DNA from: Welwitschia mirabilis
Taxonomy: Eukaryota
NCBI GenBank assembly: GCA_051453625.1
Contig: JBOZIK010000001.1
Coordinates: 47,286,804-47,325,526, forward strand
Reading direction: 5' to 3'
DNA: 38,723 bases
The position numbers and the translations under genes are program-made. The notes below the pieces were generated by a model. It was not told where the DNA came from. It did not search any database and worked only from the letters and a program-made list of their open reading frames with translations. Within the stretch, counting starts at the first letter, position 1; every line of letters begins with the position of its first letter. Below are positions 24,706 through 37,800 of the stretch, one piece after another.

Positions 24706-26870
24706 ATTAGTAGAGGAATGTTTAATTTCTGCCTCATTTGATATTTTGATTTGTTATACTGGATCTCATAGACTAATTTACATTACTCCCTTCTTAGAAT
24801 AAATAGTGACATTATTAGTTACCATTAAAGGTATTTCCAGGATGATAAGATAAGTGTTACCTTTTGCCTTCATGACCACTAATTCCACTATATATCCAAA
24901 TCCTTCTAATTTTATGAAGTATTTTCCATCATCTCCTCTAGCTTTACAAGAGAACCATCTGCCATGTAGACTTATTCATTATATGGAGTTAACTAAGGAC
25001 TTCCAAGTTGTTTGAAAATGTCAAAAGAAATAAGATTATTACTTGCCCCAAATCTATCAAAACTTCTATTTTATAGGTACCTTCAATAATTATATTTACA
25101 ACTGATATTCTAGGATTATTATATTTCTTAATTTGACTTCCTTACAAGGCTTGAGTAAAGGTTCAAGATAATTGAACTCTTTTAGTTGGTTTGTTTACCA
25201 ATTATTCCTCATTAGTTTTCTCTTTCTTTTTCTTACTCCCCTCTTTAATACATAATTTCTTCATTTGCTTTCAGTATAATGGAATGTCTTTCAACATTTC
25301 CACTAAAGGTATAATAACTGAGGTATCTTCTAGAGCTCTAAGGAGGTATTCTACATCTTTTTCTTTCTTTCTAGAAATAATTTTTATTATCTTAATCCTC
25401 ATTGGAAATGGTAGAGAATCATTCATTTCTCTTTCTACTTAACTATTTTTAATCATACTTTCATTTTCCTTGGTTTCTTTCTCTCTCATAAGGGGTGAAG
25501 AATGGCTTCTTCTTGATCTAGTTCTAATAGATTACAAATAGCTTATCTTGGATTTAGTTGAAGTTATGTAGGTATGGAAGGTTCTTTAGGTTTTTTTCCT
25601 TTATCTCATTGTTAATGGTAACTAGACTCTCCTTCTTTATTTCTCCAATTTCTGAAGTAATCATACCTATTTCATTTTACAAATCTTAGCATTAGCATCT
25701 CTTTCTTACCTTCTCACTTCCTAGTCTGATTAAAATATAGATTCTTCTTAATCTGAGTAGTACTATTAGGATTATAATTGATTTTGTTAATATCTAACCA
25801 TTTTATAAAGCCTATCATCCATGGACATTCTAAGGGATAGTGGTCCTTCTCATTATAGTATTCAAAGGCTTTTACTTCTTCTTCTTGTTTTAATCTAGTA
25901 ATCTTACCTCTTAGAGCCTTTATCCTTTTATTATTTTCTTTTAATGTACTAGCATGCTTAATATTTATTTGTTTTTCTATTATAACTCTGTTAACCTTCC
26001 TTTTTTCTTTCTACTCATTCTGAGATCATCCTTGACTTATCTTATATAATTTATATATATTGGTTTTGATTTCTTGAGTGCTATTGCTCCTGATGCTACC
26101 TCCATGAAGAATGTCTAGTTTCAGTAAAGAATTACTCCAAAGACCTCTTAATAGGACTTTCATCCATTCTCTCAGGATTATCCCATGGCTGGGACATCTT
26201 GCTAATAAAATCTAATACCTAGCCATGAACTCTTCAAGTTTCTCATGATATTTTTTCTTAACATTTAGGATTTGATTCCTTAAACCTTTAATGACTCAAA
26301 CAGGTTAATATTTATTCAAAAATGCTTGTCTTACAGAGTTCCATGTTTTAAAAGTATAGTTGGAAAATCTATGAAATCCTAACTGGGTAACTCCCTTTTA
26401 AAGAAAAAAAATAAAACGTCTTACAAAGTTAAAATTGGTTTCAAAGTAGTTAGCTTTGCAAACAGAATAAAAAAGACTCAAATGTAGCATAGGTTCTTCA
26501 TTTTTTATACCTTTAAAAGTTTGGATATTATTAGTACTTATGTTTTTATCTTATCAAGGATCTTAAAACTCTAGGATCTATAGGGTTAGATCTATGATAT
26601 GTATAATAATCAATACAAAAAGGTATAGAATTAAATACTTCTTCTTCATTCCAAAATAACCCTTCAGGTTCTTGTGCTTTTTATTTTTGACTTTGATTTT
26701 GTATTAATAGATCTATCTTTTACTGTAATTCTATTTGATCCCTTTTAAGTGTTTTCATGTCCTCCATGAAGTCACATGATCCAACCTTTATTACTATTAT
26801 TTCTTCATCTAACTTGTATTTCTTATGGTTTTAGATGTATCACCCTTTTACATCCATCCATCATGCATGG
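24706..26870 (-). pseudogene. gag: gag-protease pseudogene of element C (start approximate)
   Basis: Retrotrans_gag-like EEPMLHL...TFKTWNSVRQAFLNKY, EKLEEFMARY...CPSHG, DASGG-like linker; EVLIDLGASNNLIS protease at ~25025-25070. Confidence 0.9.
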
Positions 26871-26921
26871 TTGTCTTTCTTCAAAAAGATCTCCATTGTT
26901 TTTGACAAAATGCTAGAAGTT

Positions 26922-26938
26922 TCCTCCTTTTAGTGTTA
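26922..26938 (-). promoter_or_regulatory. Primer-binding site of element C (tRNA-Asn type, decayed)
   Basis: Plus strand tcctccttttagtgtta vs the plant tRNA-Asn 3' end CCCTCCTTCTAGCGCCA (from memory): 12/17, all five mismatches C>T; 3 nt from the LTR. Confidence 0.65.
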
Positions 26939-26941
26939 AAA

Positions 26942-27824
26942 TGATAAGCATAAAATATATCTAAAAATGCTATAAAATAATTAATTAGATTCAACAAAAT
27001 GCTTAAAAAGAAATTAAAATATTAATAAAATACTAGAAAATTCATACAAATTAAACTACCATAATTATGCAAGACTTAAATCATTAGAATTTTTATAAGG
27101 GAATTTCTTTCTTTTTGCTCTTGGATCATAATAAAGACTTTAAATTAGGACATGAACTTTATCAAGAATAACTATTTCTAAAAAAAGATGTTTTGATAGG
27201 ATTCCACTTATAGACAAGAGTGTACAAAAAGTGGGAAAAATGAAAGAACTAAAATAGAAGAAATATAGTCATATCACATGCACCCATTATTTCTAACTAG
27301 TACACTATCTTAATATCAACTCTAGCTATTATCAATATCAAGAGTAAGAAAGGATATCATGAAACTTTTCAAATTACATACTTCAGCAACACAAGATTCT
27401 TTTCAGAATAACATAGCTTGTATTACTTGATAAGAAAGTACAAAGATTAACTCCCTTTGTGTTTTTACAATAGGTACTAAAGCTTTTAGAAAATCACTTT
27501 ACAGCTCTTCCTGTTATGATCTCTTCACTTAAATGAGCTTTCCAATTTGTCTCCAAGGTCCTAAAAAGATCCCTCTACCTTCTGTTATCTGCCTATTTAT
27601 AAGTGTAATAGAAGAAAGTTTGTTACTTCTTTCTTAATGTTGCCTATCCAGTTGTTATAATCACTTCCCTTTTTATAGCACATACCTCTATTAACTAATC
27701 TACATTACAAAGTTAACTCATAATAACTCAATATATATTATAATAATGTCATAATATTGGCTAACAATTTATCATATTATTCACTAGAAACATATTATAA
27801 TATACATTCTTTTCTAACTCATCA
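26942..27824 (-). repeat. 5' LTR of element C (883 bp)
   Basis: TGATAAG...CATCA, homologous to 12964-13834; TATA at 27594-27601; followed by TSD CATGG. Confidence 0.95.
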
Positions 27825-28109
27825 CATGGGTTTAGATCTATAATTACATTAACTTACACTAACTTAAACTTAATGTAAGTTATAAGTTTGTAGAAAAGAA
27901 AGAAAAAAAAGGAGGAGTGATTTTAAAATTTTATTTTAAACTTCATCTTAAGGAAGGAGGAAATAAAAATATCTCTAAGGTATTACCAATTCGTTCCTTG
28001 AAATCCTTCACTCTAATGTTGTCCAATTGCCTTTCTGTAAATTACTTAAAACCATTAAGTAATTTTTATTTAAGCCATGGGGCATAATATTATCCATCAT
28101 ATAATAAAT

Positions 28110-29111
28110 GTGAATCTAATTAATACTTTAATCTTAAAATAACAATAGAAAGTAAGAACTTCTAAAGTACTTAAGTCTATGAAAGTAAAAGACTTAGACT
28201 AAGTGGTTAAAAGGAATTCACACAACTAAAATAAACTTGATGATTAAAATAGTTACCTAGGCATTTCAATTATAATTTTACTCAAGAATTGAAATCAAAG
28301 GAAAACAACTTAATTTATTACAAAAAAAATAACTTTATAGAAAGAAAAGAAGAAAGCAAGAGGAACTCGTTAGCAATCCTTGAAGACTAGCTCACTCCTC
28401 TAAAGAGTCACTTAGAAAGCCATCACAAGTTAATGCTTCAAAGTTCTATAATTCTCCTAGTCAAAGATGAGACAATAAAGGGTGTGAGGCCTTTTTATAG
28501 TAAGATATGAGAGAGAGAAATGATTAAAGGCCTTTATCTTATAGCATCGAGTAGATGACTATATAATTAGATCAGGTTAGATAGTTTTTCTTATATTCTA
28601 TTTGGTAAATATGCTTATGATGACACCAACACTTGGCTCCAAAGTTATACATCTACTACCAACCACTAACTACACCATGTGTTTCCACTATTATCCTAAT
28701 TAACTGTACCAAATGTCACTCTATGAATCTTTGCCATTACCACTATGTATCGTCAAGAATTTCATTGATTTATGATGTGGAATTGGATCAAGCCCATAAA
28801 TATAGTTTATTCAATTTTTCATGATAAGTCAAAAATCTGAGATTGAAGGTAGGCTATGCAGAAAGGCTAGCAGTGCCAATGGTCCTAAATGGTGGCATCA
28901 GCATTTTAACTCTAATGATTTTGATATTAAGGCATGTCCTTCAATTGAGCATAAGTTTCTTGAAAATGTTATGGAAAATAATAAAGTGCATAATTAATAT
29001 GAAATTCAATAGAAGACATGCTTTTATGTGAAATCGATTATATTAATGTCTTCTATTAAGGTTAATTGGTTACTTAATCTTAATTAAAATATCAATTTTT
29101 GCATGTTAATA
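28110..29111 (-). repeat. Probable 3' LTR of element D (left boundary uncertain)
   Basis: Minus strand ttttgctaaggcactagtaaaagagtatttagacagtg (decayed PPT junction) then tattaacatgcaaaaattgatattt, similar to the LTR B start; TATA-like ctataaaaagg at ~28490-28500. Confidence 0.45.
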
Positions 29112-30719
29112 CACTGTCTAAATACTCTTTTACTAGTGCCTTAGCAAAAAGATGATAATAAAATGGTTAAACATGGAAAAGTTATTGAAGTCAAATGTGC
29201 ATTAAGTGTGAAAAGAATGTAACTTTAAAAAATTTAATGATTAATTTTATGTGATTAAGCATTAAAGTGAAACAATTTATTGAAAATGAAGATGTCATAT
29301 TCGCTAACCAAAAGTAAACTTATTATTAATGTTTGTTATGAAAATGTTTAAGTCATTTAAGAATATAAGCCATAGAATAAATCACAAAGAGTTCTTTTAT
29401 TGAAAACAATGTAACTAAGCTAAGAAATAACTTGTAGCAAAAAGCTAAAGGAAAGAAAAAGCTATCATTACCATACTAGATTCTAGCCCATCCTATTTAC
29501 CTAGAGTGGAGTTACTGAAAGTTACCCAGGATATTGTTACGCAACTGGTCCAAACATTACCCAAAGATCATGTGCTGTTTAAGAGTTGGTTAGCATGAAT
29601 GGACTTGTAAACAATTATGTGTTCATCTCAATGTTTGCTCCCATTGTTTTGTGAGGCTATTGGTGACTGATCAATGGGTGAGTGATCAATAATAAGGTTC
29701 CTAGTTTAGTCCATGGAAATGCAACATACCAACTACAAAGGGGGGATGATTCTAGCCGTTACCACCTCAATCCTCTTGATTGGAAGATTAATCAATAAAA
29801 ATAATTTATGCCTAAAGAATTATTTCTCAAGAAAATGATGATAAAGCGAAGTGGAGTGAAGTAGAATAGAATGAAGATGATGAATGAATTAAATGAAATA
29901 AATGAGTGAACTATTCTAAGTTATCAGGTCTATATTATATTTTTGTATGTTTAGTGGATCCCAATATCAACCAAATGAAGTTTTAACTAACTAACTTATA
30001 TGAATTTAAGAAATCAATGCAAATTATAAGTATGAAAGTTAAGAGATAATGTACATAAGGGCTCTAATTTCCATCTTTGTCATTTTTTTATTCTTTATTT
30101 CTACCTTTTCATATGTCCTTAGTGTTATGCCTTTGAATCACATTTACCATCTAGTATTACAACATTTTCTGCCAACAAAATTAAGCATCTTATATTTGCA
30201 AAAATTAGTGTTGCATTGCTAGTAAGGGTTTATAGCCTTAATGAAGTTAAAAATGTTGCAATTAAGTCATTAGAGTTGCATTTCTAGCAGGTATCTATAG
30301 CTTCGATGTAGTTAACTAAACATAACTAAGTGATTAATTTTATATGCTTTTGGAGAATATATATATATTATTTTCTTTTCTTTAATTTTCCATAGTTATT
30401 TTTATGCACATTATGAAGTCATTAGATCATTAGCTTAGTTAACATTAATCTCATCCCCATTAAAGGATTTTTACTTAAGGAATACATGTGAAGATAAATC
30501 CCACTTTTTTAACCACTTAAAATAATTATACTTTTCCTTAAAAGTCCATAAGTAAACATAATCTTAATCATTATTTATATGATAATGAGATTGTTTATTA
30601 TTGATTTTTGTTTAAGGGACATCAACCTAGATCAATGAGTCTCATAAATTCATTAGTCACTAGAGTAGGTGGATGATAGTACTTTAGACAATGTCCATTG
30701 ACTTTGAATAGTTAATTCT

Positions 30720-33700
30720 TTTTGGAAATTTCTATGAGAAATACTCTGTGAGGAAAAACCTTCATTATTAAGAATGGTCCTTTTCACTTAGTAATTAGTT
30801 TCCCTGGGAAAAGATATAAGCATGAGTTATAAAGTAAAAGTAGATCTTCTCTTTGAAAGTTTTTCTAAATATATATTTGATCATGGAATTTCTTCATCCT
30901 CTCTTTATTTCTTGTCATGTTTTCATAAGAGTCATTTTGATTTCTTCTAATTTATTCAGTTGTATGAACCTATTTTTCCTTATATCCTCTAAATTTAAAT
31001 TCATATCTTTGATGGTTTAGTATTCCTTGTGTTCAAGTTCTATGGGTAAATAATAGGATTTTTCATAGACTAATCAAAATGATAGCATTCCTAGGGAAGT
31101 TTTGTAAGTAGTGCGTCATGCTCATAAAACATCATTGAGTTTGAAAGATCAATATTTTTGTGTTGAATTGACTACCTTTTGTAAGTTTTTCTTAAGTATC
31201 CTATTCATAACTTTAACTTAGCCACTTGTTTGAGGGTGGCATAGTGTTACAACTTACCTTATATTTGGCAAGAAGGTTATTAAGTATTTTATTGCAAAAG
31301 TGTGTTCCTTCATTCTTAATTAAAACACTTAGGTAATAAAAGCACATTCAGATATTTTATTTAATAAATTTAACTATCATTTTAGTATCATTTATTTAAT
31401 AAGCATAAGCCTTAACTTAGTTAGTTACGTATTCAACATATACGAGAATGTATTCATGCCCGTTTGAAATAGATAAAGACCTTAAAAATCAATTCCCCAA
31501 ATGTCAAAGGGTTCAACAATAAGGATGAGATTTAAAGACATCATTTGTCTTTATGGAATATTTACTAACCTTTGATAGTTATCACAAGATCTATGATAAA
31601 GTTAGGAGTATTTAAAAATAGATGGCCAATAAAAACTAGATTGAAGGATCATTGTAATGGTTTTGTTGGCTAAGTAGTGACTTTCATAAGCCTCATAATA
31701 ATAATGTTTAAGTATATCATCTATGTTAGTTTAGAGGACACATTTGCAATTGACTTAGTCTAGACAGTATTTAAAAAGATATGGGCTATCCCAGAAAAAA
31801 TACTTGACTTGGCTTAAAAATCTCTTTTTATCCTTAATAGTCTAGTGAGAAGGAATGGTTTTGTTTGAAAACCAAGGTGCTTCCTTAACTAAAAAGAGAT
31901 CCTCATTTGGGAAGTTATCATTAATGGAAAGGAATGTTTGTGGGTTTTCTTGAGTTAATTGGAAAAGATAATTAACAACTACATTATTAAAACCCTTTAA
32001 ATCTTTAATTGCCAAGTTAAATTCCTGTAGGAGAAAGAGGTATCACAGCCTAAATAGTTAGTATACATAATTACCTTAGATCCCAAAAGGTATTACCTAA
32101 ATTTCTCTAATGCAAAGACTATAGATAATATCTATCTATAACGGTATAGTTTAACTAATTATTATTCAAAGTTTTACTAGCATAATAAATCATAGTTGCT
32201 TTTTTGTTTATCCTTTATCTTAAAATAGCCCCACTTGCATAATTATTGACATTACACATAAACTTAAAAGATAACTTCCATTCAAATGGTCAACTGATTG
32301 TAATGGAAGTTAGTTTTTCTTTGAGTTGTTTGAATACTTGTTGACATTTGGGGGTCCAATTGAAAGTGGTATCTTTTCTAAAAAGATCATATAATGGCTT
32401 AGAGGTTTTATTGAAATTGTTGATCAATATTCTATAGTATTTTGCATGTCCTAAGAAAGATCTAATATCTTTTTATTTTTGAGGAGTTGGAAGGTATGTA
32501 ATTACAAAAACATTAATCAAATCTACTTGGATTCCTTTCTTAGAGATGATATGTGCAAAAACTACACCTTGATTAACCATAAAGTGAAATTTCTCCTAGT
32601 TGAGCATAAGCCATTCTTTTATACATTATCAAGGACACTTCTAAGTTATTTAAATAGTGATTAAAAGAGGATACATAGACTAAGAATTCATCCATAAAGA
32701 TTTCAATGCCTAAATCTAATAAGTTGCAGAAGATTTCAATCATGCAATATTGGAAAGTGGCAGGTGCATTGCATAAATCAAAGGGCATTCATTTGTAGGT
32801 GAACATTACATAGGTGTAAGTAAAGGTAGTTTTTTCTTAATCCTCAAGGATAATTTCAATTTGATTATAAACTGAGCAACTATCTAACAAACAGTAAAAC
32901 AAATGCCCTATAAGTTGTTCTAGGATTTGGTCAAAGAAAGGTAGAGAAAAGTAGTCTTTTGAGATGGTGTTTAATTTCATATAGTTGATGCACAACCTTC
33001 CATTTTACTATGGATCTAGCAGGGATAAGATCATTATGCTTATTAGAAAGAAGAGTAATTTCTACTTTTTTAGCCATGGTCTGAGTTGAACTAATTCATT
33101 TAAAATCTAAAATAGGATATATAATCCCATTATTGAGAAGTTTAATAACCTTAATTCCTCCCTCAATATTGGGTTTATTTGTTTTTTGGCTTCTCTAGAT
33201 AGCTTAACATTATCTTCTAAATAAATATAATATATGTAAATGTTGGAATCAATGACTCTAATGTATAAGAGGGTTTATGCTATTACTTGCTTATTTTTTC
33301 TTAAGATTTTAAGCAATTAAGCTTCTTCAGATGAAGTCAAGGAAGAATTTATGACTACTATAAAAGTGGAATTATACCCTAATAAAGCATATTTTAGATC
33401 ATTAGATAAGGGTTTAAGTTTTTGGTAAATTTTGTTTTGAGTGATGGGGCTTGATTCCTCTTGTAAATCATCATTTTTATGAGAATGGGAAGCAAATTCC
33501 TAATTTTCAAAAGGGATTTCTACTATACCCACATATTCTACCCCTTCATCATTTGATGGCAACTTTATTACATTAAAAATGTGTAATTCTATGGTCATGT
33601 TGCTAAAAGAAATTATCACTAATTTGTTCTTATACTTGATTAAGGCATTTGAGGTTGCTAAGAATGGTCTTCCTAATATGACATGTACTGATTGGTTCAT

Positions 33701-34197
33701 TGAGTTCTCCATGTCTAAAACCACAAAGTCTACTAGGAAGTAGCAACTATCAACTCTAATGATGACATCCTCTATGAATCCTAATGGAATTTTAAAAGAG
33801 TTGTTTATTAATTAAAGTTGGAGTTCATGTTATTAAGTCCTTTCAAGCCTAATTCTTATAGGTTTTGTAGGAAAGCAAGTCTACTAGTTCCTAAGTCCAA
33901 TAAATAGTGAGAGTGGTCATGGGATACCTAGGGTCTTTATATTTTGGTGGAAATTATTCTAGATAATTGTGCTTATTTGTTAAGCTAAAAGGTCTTTGCT
34001 TTCTATGTTCATATGCCCTTTTATAGTGCACAAGTCCTTAAGGCATTTGACATAAGAAGGTATTTGCTTAATGGATCCTAGGAGGGGAATGTTTATCTTA
34101 ATCTTCTTAAATATTTCTAGATCCTCCAATTGCTTTTTCATTATGTTGTCCTTCCTCAAGTATTGGGAAAAAGTTAAGGTTTCTTTATCTATGGGCA
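30720..34197 (-). pseudogene. pol: gag C-terminus/pol pseudogene of Athila-like element D, cut off at 34198
   Basis: KKIKINIPLLGSIKQIPSYVKCLKDLCT, VILGRPFLATSNALI, MPFDLCNAPATFQ, EIFMDEF, IVEPFDIWGIDF, CHPQTSG*V. Confidence 0.95.
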
Positions 34198-34840
34198 TGT
34201 TGCACTACTAAATTACACATATTTGATAAGGTATTTTGAGTTGTTTTGTAGGTAAATAGACAAGTAAATTCTTGACTTCCATGATAATGGAGAGCTAGGA
34301 TGAAAAGGATGGAAACATGTAAATCTCTATGATAATTTACAACATTCTAAACAAATCTGAATACCTTACATTTCTAAAGATAACTTCCTATAAACATTGC
34401 GGATAATGCAATAATTGAAGAATTATCAAAGGCCATTATCCACCTCATTGTTTGGACAAATGTATAAATAACCATATCAATTGGATGCTGACTTGAGTCT
34501 ATTTGGCAGCTAATGTGAATTGATTATGAGGTGGCATTATCTCTTATATCTTCCAGACAACCATCCAGATAACATAGTTGTAATGTCTATACTGAACATT
34601 CATCAAATTTTCACCACTTATATTATTCATTTTCCCTTACATGGTTGTTATGATTTATCTCACCTTTTTATCTTGGTTGTTGTATGTTTGAGTCAATAAA
34701 TAGAGATCTCGCCCTTGACTCCTGATTGTCTTTGTTTGCATCTGAAATTATCATGATAGGAGATTAAAGGGCCAAAGATTCATCCTATAGTTCTAGAGAG
34801 ACCTTTCGTTGGTGTTAGATGGTGTTTCCTCCATTAAGGT
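34198..34840 (+). repeat. 5' part of an LTR of the element-A family
   Basis: Colinear with the reverse complement of ~885-1664 (atttgata.ggtattttgagttgttttg; aaacatgta; gataggagat; cctccatt.agg); begins TGTTG. Confidence 0.8.
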
Positions 34841-34849
34841 GCAACATCA

Positions 34850-37800
34850 CAAAGTAACAAGAATGATGAGGAAGAGAACATAAAAATCTTAGAAAACCAT
34901 TATTTCCCTTCTTCATTAAGAAACAAAAAGAAAGATCCTTCACAAAAGAAACCTTCTACCCAATGGCTTAATAGGCTTAACAAAAATTCCTTTTTTGATG
35001 ATCATTTAAAAGCTTAATGTAGAATGTAAGTATCAACTTACCATTTTGGAAACCTTTTCAAGAAAACCTAAGGTATTCTAAGCTATGAAAAGAATTAATA
35101 AGAAGAAAACAAAAATGAACCATTCCTAGTAAAGTATTCCTAGCTTAATCTGTTAGCAATTTGATTTACCAAAAATGTCCAAAGTTTAAAGATTCAGGGG
35201 TGCCAACTATGATTGCCACATTAGAAGGAAATCATAGTATAAATAAAGCCTTGATAGACATTGAAGATAGTGTCAACATTATATCCTTGCACATTTATCA
35301 ATGACTTGGTTTGAAAGAAAGAATAGAATCTACAAATATTATCTTAGAGTTAGCCAATACTTCTGGAAAAAAAATCATTATGTGTGATCAAGAACTTAGT
35401 CATTAAGATAGAAAAACTTTCTACCTCATTGATGTTATAGTTTTAGAAGTTGAGCACCATGGTGGATATTCTTTACTTCTAAGTAGAGCTTTCTATGCAA
35501 CAATCCACTGTATCATAGATATAAGAACTAGATTCATGAAGTATCATTTTAGTAATAAACAATTTCCAATAAGAGTTTTTAATGTGGCTAAAAAAGATTT
35601 AGTAATGATTTGAGTGTGGAGGAAGAAAGATGGTCCCTACGTCATGAACCAAACCTGTTTGATAATAAATCAGAAGTAAACTACCTATATGTTTTTGATG
35701 AATAACTTGAATTTGACCATTTGATAACTATGTTTTCTGATTTGGAGAGTAAAGAGTCTGAGTCTATCAACTATGTAGAAGTTTAATAATTTAGCTGACC
35801 TAAGATTTCTTATTTTGATCATAGGCATCCACTACAGACGTCTAAATGATAGTCTAAGATAACAATCTATTATCTTAAGAATTTTCTAGAAACTAATAAT
35901 TTGAGCTTAAATCTAAACCTAAAACCTTTAAACAGTGGACTGAAATAGATTTTCTTAAATAGTGATTTGAATAAACCTTTTATTATTAATAAAAACCTTA
36001 TCCCTTAATAAGCAATATAAGGTATATGCATTTGCTTAGTCCTCATAATGATTTGATAGCAATACCCACTTCCATAATTTAACATAAGATTTACCTTAAA
36101 AAAACACTAAACCTATGAGATAGTTCCAACATATACTAAATCTAATCCTTAAACAAATTGTAAAAAATAAAATCATAAAACTAATAGATGTTAGAATCAT
36201 TTACTCCATTGCTGATAGTGAGTGGGTTACCCTTTGAGGGTAGTTTCTAAAAAGGATGGAAAATGGTGCATCTGCATAGACTTTCGAAAACTAAACAAAG
36301 TAACTAAAAAAGACCATTGTGCTTTGCCTTTTCTTGATTAGATTCTTGATAGAATTCAAGGTCATGTCTTTTACTATTTTCTTAATAGTTATAATGATTA
36401 CAATCAGGTTTGCATTATTAATGAGGATCAAGCCAAAGCTACTTTTACTTCTTCTTTTCACATATTCACTTTTAAATGCATGCCTTTCAGACTTTGTAAT
36501 GCTATTAGTACTTTTTAGTGTGTTATGATGGGTATCTTTTATGATATGCTTGAGAATTCCATTGAGATTTTCATGGATGACTTTTTTATTTATGCTGAAA
36601 CTTTTGAATAAATCTTAAATCATTTAGAGAAGGTGTTAGACCATTGCATTTCTAGTGGCCTCCACTTGAGTTAAGAAAAGGTCTATTTCTTATAGAAAGT
36701 GGCATTGTTTTAGGTCACCATATCTCTCAGGAGGGGATTTGAATAAATGCTTCTAAAGTTGGTATTATTCAAAACCTAAGTTTCACTACAAATGTTAAAC
36801 AAGTTAGATCTTCTTTTGGTTATTGTGATTTTTACCATCAATTCATTTGTGATTATGCTATTATTTGTAAACCCCTTTACTCGTTACTAGAGAAAGAAGT
36901 CAAATTTGAATGGAATGAATCTTGTTAACTTTCTTTCGAAGGGCTTAAACATAAATTATCTTATGCTTTTATAGTAATAGGAGCCAATTCGGAACTTGAT
37001 TTTGAGCTTATGTGTGATGTGAGTAACTTTGCCATGGATGGGGTTCTTTGCCATAAATATGAGAATTATTTAAACTTTTATTTTATCATAGCAAATCTTT
37101 ATCTACAGTCAAATAAATTATACTACCATAGAGAAATAAATGCTAGCTCTTATCTTTTGCCTTGATTCTTTTAGACATTATTTTTTAGGCTTTCATACTA
37201 ATGTCTACACTGATCATGTTGCTATTTGTTACCTCATAACCAAGAAAGATTCTAGTGAACATTTGATTAGATGGATCCTTCTTATAAAAAATTTTAACTT
37301 AACCATTATAGATAAAGTAGGAAAGCATAATTATGTTGCTAATCACTTATCTTGAGTTCCTTTTCCTTCAGATGATACTAGTATTAATGATTTATTTTCT
37401 AATGAGCAGATTTTCACCATTTTTTTTTCCTCATCCTCCTCCATGATATACTAATATTGTGAACTATCTTGTAACCATGAAAAGACCACAACACTAGATC
37501 TATAACCAACACAAATCTTTTTTCTATAGGATAGGTGACTGTGAATGGATTGAGCCACATTTCTATCATAGGTGTAAAGATCAAATCGTAAGATAATGTN
37601 NNNNNNNNNNNNNNNNNNNNNNNNNNNNNNNNNNNNNNNNNNNNNNNNNNNNNNNNNNNNNNNNNNNNNNNNNNNNNNNNNNNNNNNNNNNNNNNNNNNN
37701 NNNNNNNNNNNNNNNNNNNNNNNNNNNNNNNNNNNNNNNNNNNNNNNNNNNNNNNNNNNNNNNNNNNNNNNNNNNNNNNNNNNNNNNNNNNNNNNNNNNN

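Larger units (their letters stand above)
12964..27824 (-). mobile_element. Full-length-outline Athila-like LTR retrotransposon C
   Basis: Two homologous LTRs (TGA...ATCA), 5-bp TSD CATGG at 12959-12963 and 27825-27829, PBS, gag-PR-RT-RH-INT order with no extra archaeal RNase H seen, env-like ORF, PPT. Confidence 0.92.

Noticed and set aside
23940..25372. Element with two protease domains
   Set aside because: The duplication straddles an assembly gap; most likely a paralog join
27930..28120. Copia gag N-terminus (LLYDG*YYAPW on the minus strand)
   Set aside because: Only a weak single-motif resemblance, with no PBS or downstream domains
34198..34846. Complete solo LTR ending at gcaaca (34846)
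   Set aside because: The flanks gggca/tcaca are not a TSD, ~430 bp of LTR is missing, and the flanking elements are on opposite strands
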